A DNA stretch of 64,000 bases from Basidiobolus meristosporus CBS 931.73. Taxonomy: Eukaryota; Fungi; Basidiobolomycota. Within the stretch, counting starts at the first letter, position 1. The number at the start of each line of letters is the position of its first letter. Below are positions 36,877 through 50,456 of the stretch, one piece after another. Below the pieces are notes generated by a model. It was not told the origin of the DNA. It did not search any database and saw nothing but the letters and a program-made list of their open reading frames with translations. The stretch lies in assembly GCA_002104905.1 (NCBI GenBank), contig MCFE01000223.1:1-64000 (forward strand). The letters run 5' to 3'. A program made the translations under genes and the position numbers.

Positions 36877-37937
36877 CTACGCTGAATTGTGGCTCGAAAT
36901 GCAGTCAAGCATATTTATACGAATTCTTGAATCAAACATTCACCTGCTTAAGGTTAACCAATGATGCCCAGTATCCTGTGTTGGCTAAAAGCTGTCTATT
37001 CTAATCAACAATGTAGACAACACCGCATCATGTTTCGGTAGCACCGAAACACATTGTCAGCTAAACCCTTTTGGTTATTTGCGCGAATAATTCCTTACGA
37101 CCCGTTCGTCTAGTGGCTCACTCTGCCCCGGGGTCAATAGTTAGGTAAATTTAGCACTATCTGATGAGGTCCAAAATGATGGAGATTAAGATTAGCTAAA
37201 TTCAACAAGCCTAACATTATGATACGCAATTCCAACCGCCATGGTATCATCTGGTCCAAACAAATCCTAAGAAAAGCTGGTTGTCGAGAACCACCCAAAA
37301 GGGGTCTCGACGAAAGATTTCCCTAATGCGGGATCCCCTGACCCAACGATAAACAGGATTTCTGCGAAGTTGAAAGACCAAATCAGGAGGTGGGAGGTTT
37401 GAGCCATTCTAGGATCTTTGACCAAAAGAGTCTAGCGAAATTGATTCTTAAATCGTGTGACAGCCTTCGACCAACCAATCGGTATCGGAAATTCCATTCA
37501 AGAATGGATTTTCAAATGTACATATCGCACGGTATCTAATCAACCTTTGCTGAACTCCCCAATAAAAGCAATTGGCGGGCATTAAAAGTGACCGCAAAAC
37601 CGAGCGAAATAAGCTGAATCCGAGCCCAACAATGTTTAAATGGGAGAAGCTATTACTACTGTCACTTGATGCAACTGAGATCTCCGCATTACAGCATCGA
37701 TCGATTATAGAATGGATCGTCGTTGGTATTTGACCCGATCAATCGGATTCGGCCATGATGCAATCTTTTATTCCTTGATTTCTGACTAATCCATTCTAGC
37801 ATGGTTGTGAGCGGTGACTGGGGCAACTGGGCCATCGGCCTTGGTTCATTCTAGGAAAGCATGAGCATGAGCAAGTGAAACCTCAATGACACCAACGCCG
37901 AAAATAATAAATATTGCTTCTCTTTTGTCATTTTTAC

Positions 37938-38097
37938 TGAGCCGGTGGGTTTTACTATTACATGAGGTTTGGAGTAATTTGCTGTTTGCCGAAGGGTGAC
38001 CATGGGAGCGTCATGCGAACCGCGATCTCGAGATTTGTACCTTCTCTGCTACCTGCCTATCGCTGAATTAATCCAGATATAATGAGCCGGTGGGTTT
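37938..38097 (+). promoter_or_regulatory. Perfect 15-bp direct repeat TGAGCCGGTGGGTTT upstream of the antiporter gene
   Basis: Copies at 37938-37952 and 38083-38097, within 340 bp of the ATG at 38277. The repeat is seen directly; a regulatory role is inferred. Confidence 0.4.
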
Positions 38098-38276
38098 CCT
38101 TATTCCATCGGATCAATATATATATATGTGCTCGCTGATTGCATCTCCACTTTGGCCGTGCTTATAAATACTCGGCATTCATATGGTTTTCCCACACTGC
38201 CCAACCTCATAGACTTCATATTTTCTCCATTTCGTGACGAAAACTCTTCGCACTTCCCTTGCGCACACTGTTTTAA

Positions 38277-40600
38277 ATGATAGATCCCGTAACCGTAGTG
38301 CCAGCCGTCCTTGGAGGATTTATCGTGGTCTTCGGCCTTATGTCCCTTGTAATCAAGGAGTGGCTCTTTCTCTCCGAAGCTTGTAAGTACTCTTGCTCAT
38401 ATACACCGGGCTCACTGGTCTAATATTGTGCAGTGGTTGCTACCCTGTTTGGTATCGCTATCGGGCCGGAGGCACTCAACTTGGTCAACCCAGGGCTTTG
38501 GGGAGACAGCTCAAAGCTAACCATGGAGTTTGCCCGGATTGTTATCGCTATCCAGGTAAGTCTTGGAACATCCCTGTGCAAATGCTGGGGGCCTGCTGAC
38601 GTCTTCTCCCATTAATCAAAGGTTATGGCGGCAGGCGTAAATTTGCCCAAGTGAGTAGTAGCGTGCATCTTTCGCAGAGATAGAATGGGAATGACCAAGT
38701 AACCATTTTCTTTTAGAGCATACCTGTTCAGAGAGTGGAAATCCCTTACCGTTCTTCTGCTGCCAGTCATGTTTGTGATGTGGCTGGTTAGCGCTGGGGC
38801 ACTGTACTTGTTGTTGCCGCTTAGCTTCGTAAGTATGGGGCATTCGCATCCTACCGTGGTGCCGTATTAACGTTTTGCGTGAACCTAGCTTGAGGCATTG
38901 CTCATCGGTGCTTGTGTGACCCCAACTGATCCGGTAAGCGGTGTTGATAGGAAAGGCTAGTTTGTATAGCAATCCACTAAATTCTTTAACCACGCTCCGC
39001 AGGTATTGGCCAACTCGATCGTCAAAGGAAGGTTCGCCGAATCACATGTTCCCGTTCACACCAGAGACATCATTTCCGCGGAAAGGTACGTGAAAGTAGG
39101 ATTCAATGATCATTGGTGGAGGAGATTCTAACCAGAATATCTACTTGATAGTGGAGCAAACGATGGTACAGAGTGATTGGTATCACAAACAATCCACGCC
39201 ATATTAAATTGTCGTCTTTCATTCTCAAAGGTCTCGGATTCCCGTACTTATTCTTCGCAATCTATATGTTGGTTGAGCCAACGACCGGGGAGGCAGTAGG
39301 GAAATGGTTCTATATGATTTGGGCGTATCAAATCCTACTCTCAATCGCCATTGGAGCCATTGTTGGCTATATTGCCCGGAAGCTTCTATATTTCTCAGAG
39401 ACTCGCGAGCTTGTGGATAAGGAATCGTTCTTAGTATTCTCTATTGCTTTAACGGTACGTACATGGCTATTAATTGTTCCATATATCCATATGAATCTAC
39501 ATCTAGATCCAATCGCTAATGCTGGCTTTCTCGTGTAGCTCTGTCTTATGGGGTGTGTGAAGATGATCAATAGTGACGATCTGCTGTGCGTGTTTGTGGC
39601 GGGCAACTCGTTCACTTGGGAGTATGTGTAGCACCATTGGATTCAGTCCATACCATGCCAGTAGACTAACAGCCTGTTTGTGATATTCAGTGATTGGTTC
39701 CGCAAAGCAACAAAGGAGGCCCATTTTCAGGAAGTGATTGATATGATGTTCAACATATCATTCTTCGTTTATTTTGGAACCATCATCCCTTGGGCCTCGT
39801 TTGAGGTACCCGCATTGGGCCTAAGCGTGTGGCGCCTTGCGCTTATCGCGTTGATAGTCCTCGTTCTAAGAAGGCTGCCTGTGGTGGTGCTGTTGTCACG
39901 CTGGATCCCTGCCATCAAGAATTACAGAGAGGCGATCTTTGCCGGCTGGTTTGGCCCGATTGGAGTTGGCGCACTGTTTTATTGTATGATAGGGATCGAG
40001 GAGATGGAGAAATACGACCCCAATGGATATGTCAAGAAGGTGATCTTCCCGGTGGTGAGCTTCCTTGTCCTGTCCTCGGTGGTTGTTCATGGCGTGACGG
40101 TTCCGTTGTTCCACCTTACTACCATTGGTAAACGCACCCTCACCAACTCGTCAACCATCGCCAATATTGTCGGGAGATTACCGACCATCAGACAAGGCAC
40201 CGAAATCGTTGTCCAAAGAAGCCAACACTCCTCTACTAATACCCTCGGAACTCTCACCACACAGAAGGGTAAAGAGATTCTGAAGGAAGAATCAAAATCC
40301 ACTACTGGGAGACCAAAGTCCCTCAGGTCCATCCGCTCGTCTCGTTCCTTCGTAGGAAGGGTGGTGGCGGTGGAGGAGTACGAAGAAGAGGAACTAGGCC
40401 TTACGCCAGCGGCTAATCAAGGAAACTGCCGCAAGAAGTCCGTCATCATCATTGAGCACGAGGAGAGGGATGAGTTCCTGAGCGATGAAGAGGACCTGCT
40501 CACCAAGGAGAATCCCCCACCATCACCCTCAGCACAACAAGAGCATCATCCGGGACTTACCAATATCATCATACACCCGGCAACATCCGAGAGGGAGTAA
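38277..40600 (+). CDS. NHA1: Plasma-membrane Na+(K+)/H+ antiporter (CPA1, Nha1/Sod2 family), paralogue a, multi-exon
   Basis: LSEA, ARIVIAIQV, CVTPTDPVLANSIVKG, ESGANDGLGFPY-type, VDKESFL, SDDLL, FGWFGPIGVGA-type and SVVVHG motifs. Confidence 0.92.
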
Positions 40601-40630
40601 GGATCATCTCGGTGGCGATCCACACGTTTC

Positions 40631-40666
40631 CACATTCTATCCACATTCTATCCACATTCTATCCAC
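40631..40666. repeat. Minisatellite (CACATTCTATC) x3.3 in the antiporter 3' region
   Basis: Seen directly. Confidence 0.85.
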
Positions 40667-40874
40667 GAACATAGTTGTAAATTTGCAATCCAAAGTTAGA
40701 AGCCCGAATTCGGTTTATACACTTAATACCAATCACCCATTGTATCCAACCCCGATTTGTAACAAAAAAAGGTTTATCAAATCGAATTTTCTGGCTATAT
40801 ATTATAACATCACTTAATCATATTTGCCATTACAAAATCTACAATCAGTATCTCTTCGAAATGGTTTGAAAATT

Positions 40875-43420
40875 TCACATCCGGATGTCTACAATCGTTA
40901 CCTGGTGGGGTGGGAGGGGTTAGACGGACGAGTAGGCCAAAAGCGAGGTAACCAGCCTTACCGTATTGTCGGATAAACACGCAGCAAGCCTATCTCCAGT
41001 AGAGTTCCAGCTGACTTCGAAAATCCCTCCTTTACCTCGATATGTTTTGACCAGCGCCCCATCCTACGTAATTTGGGTGAATCCAGGGAATGGGAAGACA
41101 GTCCTGGGGGAAGGGCCAAGGGGACGTCACTTACTTTGACGGACCAGATGTTGATCGACTGATCGAATGACCCGCTAGCGATGTACTGTCCATCGGGGCT
41201 GAATGAGACCGAGTAGACCGGCTCCGCATGCTTGGCGAGCTTATACAGGCAGCTACCGTTCTCGACATCCCACAGCCGCACGGTGGAATCGAAGGATGCA
41301 CTAAATTGAAAGGCTGTCAGCTCACCACCTCCATCACATCACGCCACCGAAAAAGCGTTATTACGTGGCCAGGATTCTCTTGGCATTGGGCTGGTCGGTG
41401 TTCGGCCCGGTAGGTGACCACCTAATGGTGTAGATCTCCTTCCCATGCTCTCTAAAGTCGTGAACAAACGTGTCTCGCGAGAGTGACCAGATCTAGGGGA
41501 GTCGAGGTATGAGTGACCGGAAGGGGGTGGGGTAAGTCTGATTGGGTGCCAACCTTTGCGGTAGAGTCGTCGGAGCAAGAGGCCAAAAACTGTCCTGATG
41601 GATCCCACTTGACTGTGTTTACTTCGTCCTACACGGGTTGATCTCATTAGAGTAGGTCCCCCTTTCCTCGACAATGAACAAGTGCTACCTGATGGCCCCG
41701 GAATGTTTTCACTGGGGTGTTCTGGCCTACTTGGCATATCTGGATGGTCTTGTCAGTGGAGCAGGTAGCGAAGATCTCGTCATCCAGCCAGTCAACATCC
41801 AACGTGGGTGCTTTCAGTAGAAGCGTTAGCCGTGCCGTTACGTTAGAAGCCGCTGTTCGACGACCAAAGTACCTGTATGGAAGCTGAACTGCTGCTTGAA
41901 TTCCCCGTTGGAGGCATCCCAAAGAATAGTGGTGTGATCGACACTACCACTCAAGAGCAGATTTCCCCTTTTGTTCCATTTTAACGAAAAGATTGGCCCA
42001 CGGTGCTTCGACATGAGGTGGCGCAATTCTCCTATTGATGTTTGCTGCTGGTTCAATAAAGGCTGCTTGCACTCATCCTGGGAATTCAAATCATACCCTT
42101 TTGCGTCCAAATCCGGGCCTGTCCGTCGTATGATCCGGTAGCTAATAGCGTTCCCGAGGGCTGATAGAGGTGTTAGGAAGGCATGATTCTGAACGATTAT
42201 GCTGGCTTGCTTACATTCCAATCTAGTGTGGTGACGTCCTTGCTGCTGTTCATGGTAGGGAGATGCTTCAGGATTACTGGGGTGATGGGCTCCTTGCTCT
42301 TCGTACTCGGGATAGTCCAGATACGAGCTGTGGCATCACCGGCGCTACAATCCAAGAGGGTTGATTGGTAAAGATATATCTGGCTATATACCCGTTGGTG
42401 CAGTCTTACCCAGAGGCGATGAGGTTAGAGTTGGTTGGGTTCCACGAGCAGACAAAAACCTTAAAAAGACTCTGTAAGTTTACAAGAGCAAACAAAAGGG
42501 AGCGAGGAATCACTGGGCTCTGCATTACCTCGGCTTCATGGCCATTCAGAATGCTAACATCACGGCTTGGTATCACTTTGTTAGATTCATCGCCGTTGGG
42601 TAGTGAGTCTATGCGCGATCAGATGAGAGGCGGCTTGGCTAAGGCGAGCGAACAAAGGAAGAATACCTGACTGTTCCATCAACCCGGTGTCTTTACGTGT
42701 ATCGGTCTCCATGCGATCAGATTCCTGGGCTTCTATGGACTCCTTTTTGGCGCGTCTTTCGCGTTCCTTTTGAAGTTTTCTTTCTTCTCGACGTTCCTTT
42801 TTGATTTGTATATCATCTCTCTTGCTGGAAGAATCCTCCCTCTTATGCTTTTTCGTTGGTTTCTCACATTTGTGAGGAGTGAGTAGGGAGAAGGGGGCTG
42901 AACATTCGCGTTCAGTTCCATCCTATTGTCACCGACGGAAGCGATGAGTCAGTACAGCTGCTTACGACGTAACCGACAGATGAAAACTTGCCTCGTTAAG
43001 GTGGACCTCAATACTCATGTACTGAAGTCCCTTCTGTAGAATATTAATCAGTGTCCCTGGAGACACATCGAGATCTCTAAGCTCTGATTTGTGGATGTGC
43101 GTTTCATGTTCAAAAGCGAAGGTGGAATGTTCGAAACCTGAAAGAAACAGAGAGTTTGAGTTAACAAAGCGGTGATGCGGTGGAGGATTGTAGAGTTCAA
43201 TAGGAGGTGAGGCAGATTTCAGGCTAGAGACGCGATTGATAGCGCTCGCTTGTGCTTGAACGCTATAGTGAAATCCACACTATGGAGTACTCAGGGCCAC
43301 GCGGTACGCGAGACTATGAGGGGGCATTGAGTTGAATACTACGGGATCTCCAACAAACTTACCAGATTCCTTCAAGTATCGATAGATCAGATAATTAACT
43401 TCTTCACTCGTGATGCTCAT
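40875..43420 (-). CDS. TBL1: TBL1/Sif2-like LisH-WD40 protein (Set3/NCoR HDAC complex subunit), multi-exon
   Basis: Lis[22 protein letters not shown]; WD40 segments [66 protein letters not shown]; ends [11 protein letters not shown]. Confidence 0.92.
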
Positions 43421-44515
43421 CCCTGAGAAACGATATTGTTCAAGATCTAAGGTAAAAAGAGTATTTGGAGTAGTATGTGGAAGACAAAGCACCTCTCCAC
43501 TGTGTCTATCAGCAAACGGGTATCTGGTGAATCAGTAGAATGAGATCAGTGCTGCAAAGGATTCTTGGAAAGTTGTTTCCAACTACAAAACTGTGAATCC
43601 GCTACCCATCCGAAAATAATGCTATATCCTTAAGCAGCTTTGATTAAATTTGTGCAGGAATTCTCCATTCCGATCACCGTAGGTCAATCTGGAGATTGGA
43701 GGCTCCCCCAATCTTCCGAGATGATGGGAATTTTGGCAAAGTACTTATTGGTGCAACCTCGTTTTTTGAATAGTTGATCTTAGCATATGTCACATAACCG
43801 TTGGATGGTGGATGGACTGTAGTCTAACTTAAATGTATTGTGGTTTTGGTATGCCAAGGACTCCCACACTTGCTAGGCCTCCTCGACCTGAAAATAAATC
43901 GCAAATGGTGTAGTCGCGATTAAGTTTGCACCATCTGAAACGGTACCCAAGCCAAGGGTTGACCAATTCTATATGACTGCTCAATCTTGCCCCAATAGAC
44001 CAAGTATATAAGAATGTCTGATTGGTCTGTTCGACTGCATGATGGTTGTTCTGGAGCCGTGCGAAAAGGGCTTCATTTTCAGACAGTAAATAGTATAGCC
44101 TCAGTTCAACGCATGAGAAAACTGAATGGAGGGAGGCAGCATAGAAGGCTATCTAACCGTGGCCATGTGTATAGATCACCAAGTACGAGCAAAGTAGAAA
44201 ATCATATGATAATGCGCTGTGAGCCTTAAATCACAAGAGCCCTTAAAGCTATTTTAGATATACAGCCATATGTATATACCGCCAGGGTATTCAAAGAAGC
44301 CGAACCGTGCCTGTGCAGGTAAGACCAGTGTATCTTTTGAAGTACGAAGTCTTAGGGATTTTTATGAGAAGTTTGCGATACGTATTATACAACGTACAAG
44401 ATCACGCTTCTGAGTCTCGAAGGTAAACTCGATTTTTCATTAGGGACTTCTCTGGCATTAAGATATTTTTGGTTGGGGATGGCTATTTTGGAGGGGGGGG
44501 GGTATTCTACAGTAT

Positions 44516-46765
44516 CTATGGCTTTTCTTTTGTGTTATCCATCAGAATCCTAACCTGCTGCACAGCTGTTGGGTCCGGGTCCAAGTCCAAGGAATTGCCA
44601 CTACTCCGAAGAGCAATGGTGGATTCCTCGTATGCCTCGGCGTCAACCTCGTTTTCCTCCACGTCCACTACATGCTCGATGACCACCAACGATTTTCGGT
44701 TGGATTTCAAGCCGAGAGGATGAGCGACATCGTCATATTCCCTGACTGATATCACTTTACCCAGGACCGCCTTACCATTGTCAAGGCCACTGGTCTCTTT
44801 GCCGTCGTATCCTGGTGGCTTGCTCTCAGTAGTCTTGGAGCACAGAGTGTTCTGGGAGCCTTCGCTGTGGATCATAACTGGCGCAGTCCGAGCGATGACA
44901 ATCTCCTGGCCAGGACGGATGACTGGCAATCGACTCACGAGACTGGCAATCGTGTTGGACGTAGTTAAGGTTCGCGTGCCTATCGAGCCCAGGTGGAACA
45001 AAGGGACTGTGATCCCGTGGACAATGACCGAAGACAGTACCAAGAACGAAATCACCGGAAAGATGATTTCGGTGAGGTATCCTTTAGGCCCGGCCTCTTT
45101 CATCTCCTCGAGGCTGATCATGCAGTAAAACAACCCGCCCACTCCGACGGGTCCAAACCATCCAGCAAAGATGGCCTCTCGGTAGTTCTTGACCGCGGGG
45201 ATGAATCGATAAAGCAGCAGCACAACAGGGATCCTCCTGAATATCAAAATCGATGAGGTGATGCCAACCAAACGAAGCACACTGAGATTCAGCGATGCGG
45301 ACCCGAATGTGCTCCAGGGGATGATGGTGCCAAAATAAACAAAGAACGACACATTGAACATCATATCTATGACCTCTTGGAGGTGCGCCTCTTTTGTCTT
45401 CTTGCGAAACCATGCACTAAAGGGAAGGTATAGTCAGTCCTCAAGAGTCGGGTACAAGGCCTAGAATCAGTCATACTCCCAAGTAAATGTAGTTCCAGCG
45501 ACAAATACTGCCAGAAGGTCGTCACTATGGATCATGGTAACAGTGCCCATGAGAAACACCTAAAAGATACGGCGTTAGGCTGTGGAGCATCCAACGCTAA
45601 AGTATACGCTTACTGACCGCCAAAGCGATGGAAAAAACAAGGAAGGATTCTTTGTCAATCAGATGTTTCCGCTCGCATAGGTGTAGTAACCGTCTGGCGG
45701 CGAATCCAGCAACGAAGCCGATCAAGATAGATAGCGCGATCTGGTATCCCCATATGGTGATCAACCACTGGCCAATTGCCTGGCCAGGGCTGTTGCTTCT
45801 CAGCATGAGAAAGGCAAAGAAGAGGAAGGGAAAGCCTAGCCCTGTTAGATGGATTAGTTGGGGAGTCTACTTTGGAGGAAAAGCACGGGATCTTTGTTGC
45901 TACCGTCGTTAGCCCCGCTGCAATAAACACAATCGGTCAGGAGATACTTCAGAGCAAACCACCTGATGGGATTTCCTTACCTCTCAGCAGCAATGATATC
46001 TCTCAGATGAACGGGAACATATCGCTCAGCAAATCCTCCCTGTACAATTGAATTCGCCAAGACCTTGGAGACAGACTTAGGTGGATGGAGATCGATGTGT
46101 GCGGAATGGTGGCACTTACCGGGTCTGTAGGGGTGATACAGGCGGCAAGCAAAAGCGACTCGAGCTAAATAAGCAACTGCATTAGGCCAGGCCGAGCTCA
46201 AGGTCGCCACAAGGGTGAGGAGCATACAAACGACAGCGGCAGTAGCCAGTAAAATACCGCAGCGGCCACCAGCCACATGACGGCCATGACCGGGAACAGG
46301 AAGATCAGGAAGGACTTCCATTCCCTCAAGATGTATTTTCTAAGCCACGGTTAGCAGACGCATCTTTACAGCCCATGGCGTTTACTTACTTGGGAAGGTT
46401 GACGCCAGCAGCCATCACCTTGAAATCGAATCTACTTTAATTATGCTGGCCCATGCGGGATCGTCGAATACACTGACCTGTAGAGCAATCACAATCCTGG
46501 CGAACTCCATGGTGAAGGTGTGTGGATGCACGCCCCACGTGTTAGGATCAATAAGATTCAGCCCTACGGGGCCAATGATGATGCCAAAAATCGTTGCTAC
46601 CACTGATGGGGAAAAGAGTTAGGGACGGCCAACCAGAGGACGACCACTAAACTTACAAGCTTCAGAGAGAAAGAGTCTCTCTTTGATGAACATGGAGGCA
46701 AGGCCAAAAAGAAGAATGAACCCCCCCATGACGGCGGGAACAACACTCGCCGGATTCAGCACCAT
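44516..46765 (-). CDS. NHA1: Na+(K+)/H+ antiporter (Nha1/Sod2 family), paralogue b, inverted relative to a
   Basis: Same motifs (LSEA, ARIVIALQV, CITPTDPVLANSIVQG, SGANDGLGFPF, IDKESFL, GWFGPVGVG) and matching intron positions where traced. Confidence 0.9.
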
Positions 46766-47767
46766 TTCTCAGCCAAAAATCGTCTGGGATTACTAAAGGT
46801 TGGAGTGGTGGTCCTTGGGATGAGGCTATTGGGAGAGTGAAGAGTTAAAGTTTCTGCACTCTGATTATCAGGGAGGTGGAAGGCTATAAAGGAATTGAAA
46901 GAAGGGGCTTGTGCCTTAATGGTGCAGCTGTCTACCACCAGGTAGGTGAACGTTACGGGGACATGGGGCTTTTATAACATTTCTCCAAATTATTTCCCAA
47001 GGGCTTGCTTCCACATATTTCCGACCTAGATCGGATTGTGCCCTATTTGGTGGAGCGGCCATTGTGGAAAGAGTGTTGCTGAATTCACCGATTGCCATCC
47101 TGAGATTTTCGCTCAGTGGCTTCTTAGGAGAGTACAGCGCATTACATATGCCATAATGCGATAAACATTACCTTTGATGAGGACCCCGGTGCCAGAGGTT
47201 GGAGCGGGGATGCGTTGGATCAGGGTGCAGCTTCTCGAGGAATTAAACTTTCCCTTTCCCCAATATATGCACGATCCTGCGCAGGCAGATGCAAGATTGC
47301 TCCAATGTTAAAACATCCTGCTGTCAGCGTCCAAATGCGCCTCATATATCATAGCATTTCCATCAACGTACCTACTCTATGCCAGCGCTCTAGTTTAGCC
47401 GTGCATACTCTCGTGTTGGTACCAAGTGCGCATTGTTGCCGTCACTATGGTCCCATAGCGTCTCTAAGCACAGTTTCGTGCGAGATAAAAATCGTGCTCT
47501 ACCCCTTCACTATAATCAGAGCGTATATCTAGTTCTTCTCTTTCATCACCCGCTTCCCATGTAAGATTTGTTGGCTAAACATGTCCAATGCGGATTTCCG
47601 TCAATGCAAGAGACTTGGGCATTTGTATATAAGGCTTGGCACCGTCAGTCCACAAGATATCCTGACACTGACAACCTACCATCAAAGTAAATCAAGTTTA
47701 CCTATAAATTAAGGACTGTCCCCTCCATGGAAACCTTGGATTTGCACCACATAGATGTAGAAGTGTC

Positions 47768-48613
47768 TGTTGTCAGAGTTTTAAAGACATTGGAGGTGAT
47801 TGGGAGAGCATGTACATTATGTGGTTTCACTTATTGGTTAACTGAATGTAAAAGTGGTGTTTATACTCTTACATTATCTTGACAAAACAAACTTAGGGAA
47901 TATGTGTAAAAAGTGTTGTAAGAGTCTTGGAGATATTGGAAGTGATTGGGAGGACAAGTAGATTATGTGGTCTTCACTTAATGATTTATTGAATGTAAAA
48001 GTGACATTTATACTTTTACATGGTCTTGGCATAACAAGCTTGTAAAATAGGCTTAGGAAGGTCCCAGGAATATGTGTGCAAAGTTTGAGGTTGTGTGAAC
48101 AACTTTGGGAGTTTGCATGTTCTTGGTACCTGATATTTGTTGTAATTATTGAGTTGTCACCTAAATATTCATACTAATATAGTTGCATAGATCTTATTCT
48201 TTGATTAGCATTCTGTCCTGACCAAATTTCTTGTCAGAATTTACTTAGAATGTTTTCACCAAATTATTAGGTACCCAGATTATGATCTTTCTCAAAGTTG
48301 TCCAAAAGCCCACAAACTTTGCACACATATTCTTGGGACCTTTCTTAGCAAACTCTACAAGTTTCTTTGCTCTACTCTATCAAAAGTATAAATACCACAC
48401 TTGATCAATAATTCTACAATTGAATAACAAGTAAATCCTCTAGTTCTCCAAATCACTTCCAATACTCCTCAGAATATTGCAACAATATTTTGGTGAAACT
48501 ACTCCTAGTAAATCCTGACCAAAAATTTAGTCAGCATTCTCTAAGATTTGTAGGTAGTGATATAAGTGACTAAGCTAGGTGAATATTTAGGTGGAATTAT
48601 GAATTTTACAACA
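47768..48613. mobile_element. Cluster of LTR fragments: type-a copies starting TGTTG at 47768 (+, truncated), 47914 (+) and 48484 (-), and a TGTTG...CAACA-bounded unit 48138-48613 next to the copia PPT
   Basis: Repeated blocks gatattggaagtgattgggag, gaatgtaaaagt and aaggtcccaggaatatgtgtgcaaagttt on both strands; PPT-like GAGTGGGAG (minus) at 48614-48622 abuts TGTTG at 48613. Confidence 0.7.
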
Positions 48614-49895
48614 CTCCCACTCAACTAAATGTTCATACTGACTAGTCCTAAGTTTGACCAAAGATATTCAAATTTGTCTTTAGCTAATGGTTGGGTAAAT
48701 ATGTCTGCAATTATTTCATATGTAGGACAGTGAGCTAAGGTTACTAGGTTATTCTCTATAGCTTCACATATGAAATGATGCTAATATCAATGTGCTTAGT
48801 TCTTGCATGAAAAGTTGGATTACAACCTAATTGTATTCATCCTCAATTATCTTGAAACAAAGTAAGACTCTTTTTGACATAGGCCTAAATCTTTAAAATG
48901 CTTCCTTAACCACATTGCTTCTTTTGTAGCTTCACAGGCTGCCATATACTCTGCCTCTGTGGTGGAAAGTGCTATAGTTGGTTGCTTTCTTGAATTTCAT
49001 GAAATTGCTCCTTGGCAGTAAAGAAAGGTGTATCCTGTAGTGGATTGTCTGTCTTCTAAACTTCATCCCCAATCAGCATCAGAGGATCCCACAAGATATT
49101 GTTTGGAATCCGCATAGGTGTACCTTTAGTAAACATCAGCAGTTCCTTATAGGTATCTAAAAATCTGCTTCACTGTTGCAATATGATCAGATCCATAGTT
49201 CTGATTATGCTGGCTGACAACTCCCAATAAATATGAGATATCTGGACATGTAACAAGCATGATATACATCAGACTGCCGACCATAGATTGATAAGGAAAG
49301 TCAGGGCTTTCAGATGGCACCAAGCTCTCTTGATTTGGTTGAGTTTTGACCAAGTTAAGGTTTGTCTCCATTGGGGTAGCTGCCGGTTTACAGTCTTCCA
49401 TTTTGTACTTCTTTAGTATATCTTGAATATACTTGGATTGGCTTAGGGTAATAGTCTGGGTACTTCTGTCTATGGAGAACTTAATCCCTAAGTAGTAACT
49501 AAGTTCTCCTAGATTGGACATCTTGAACTCCCTAGATAGGCTGGATTTAGTCTCTTCCAATGTTTCTAGGTTATTGGCGGCTATAATAAGATCATCCACA
49601 TATAGAGCTAATAGAACTGGATTTGCTCTATCTGGCTTATAGTATATACTATAGTCAGCATTACTCCTTTTGAAACTCAAAGATTCCAAATAAGAATCTA
49701 TCTTGCAATTCCAGGCTCTCGGTGATTGTTTGAGACCATATAGCATGCTACACATCTGACTGTAACAAAAGACTGATAAGGAAAGTCAGGGCTTTCAGAT
49801 GGCACCAAGCTCTCTTGATTTAGTTGAGTTTTGACCAAGTTAAGGTTTGTCTTGATTGGTGTAGCTGCTGGCTTACAGTCTTCTATTTGGTACCT
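48614..49895 (-). mobile_element. Ty1/copia retrotransposon remnant (RT C-half plus RNase H, degenerate) with a duplicated RT fragment at about 49770-49895
   Basis: YGLKQSPRAW, LALYVDDLII, SMVGSLMY and VKQIFRYL; RNase H ...KQPTIALSTTEAEY and RTKHIDI-like; stops and frameshifts present. Confidence 0.92.
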
Positions 49896-49901
49896 TGTAA
49901 G

Positions 49902-50050
49902 TGTTGTAAGGGTCTTGCAGATATTGTAAGTGATTGGGAGAACCAGTAGATTATGTGGTTTTCACTTAATGGTTTATTGAATGTAAAAGTAGTAGTTATA
50001 CTTTTACATGGTCTTGTCATAACAAGCATGCAGAATAGGTTTAGAAAGGT
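49902..50050 (+). mobile_element. Truncated type-a LTR, interrupted at 50051 by a CACTA end
   Basis: Matches 47914-48062 up to ...gaaaggt, where CCCTATGAAAAA begins. Confidence 0.75.
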
Positions 50051-50125
50051 CCCTATGAAAAATAACTTGGTCCTGCAGGTGGATCTGATCCAGATCAGCT
50101 GTCAGGATCCTGTTCAGAGACCATC
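50051..50125 (-). mobile_element. Right terminus (75 bp) of CACTA copy C, which is inverted
   Basis: CCCTATGAAAAATAACTTGGTCCTGCAGGTGGATC... matches the reverse complement of the right ends at about 55826-55900 and 61813-61887. Confidence 0.8.
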
Positions 50126-50456
50126 CCCTATGAAAAATTATGGAGATGATCCCGTCAAAAGGCTGTCACAAAGTTGAAGTCCTGTGACTAAGAGGTACTG
50201 ATCTTGTTGGGACACCATCCAGAGACAGTTGAAAAATAATCACACCCCAGATTTCACAAAAAACTTGGTCAAAATTTTTCATCACAACAATGTATAAGTG
50301 GCTTTTGATTGGTTCCCTGGCAATTTGCTCACTTTCTGATCCCAGACACTCTATTGCCTCCTACATTTGTGTGAATTAATTAGCTATTGCCTCTTTTTCA
50401 CTCTTTTTACTTCCTGACTCAACCGTTTCTCTTACTTTTCATGCGTACAAATTGAT

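Noticed and set aside
40631-40666. 11-bp minisatellite as a functional element
   Set aside because: Only about three units in a 3' intergenic region; simple slippage explains it.
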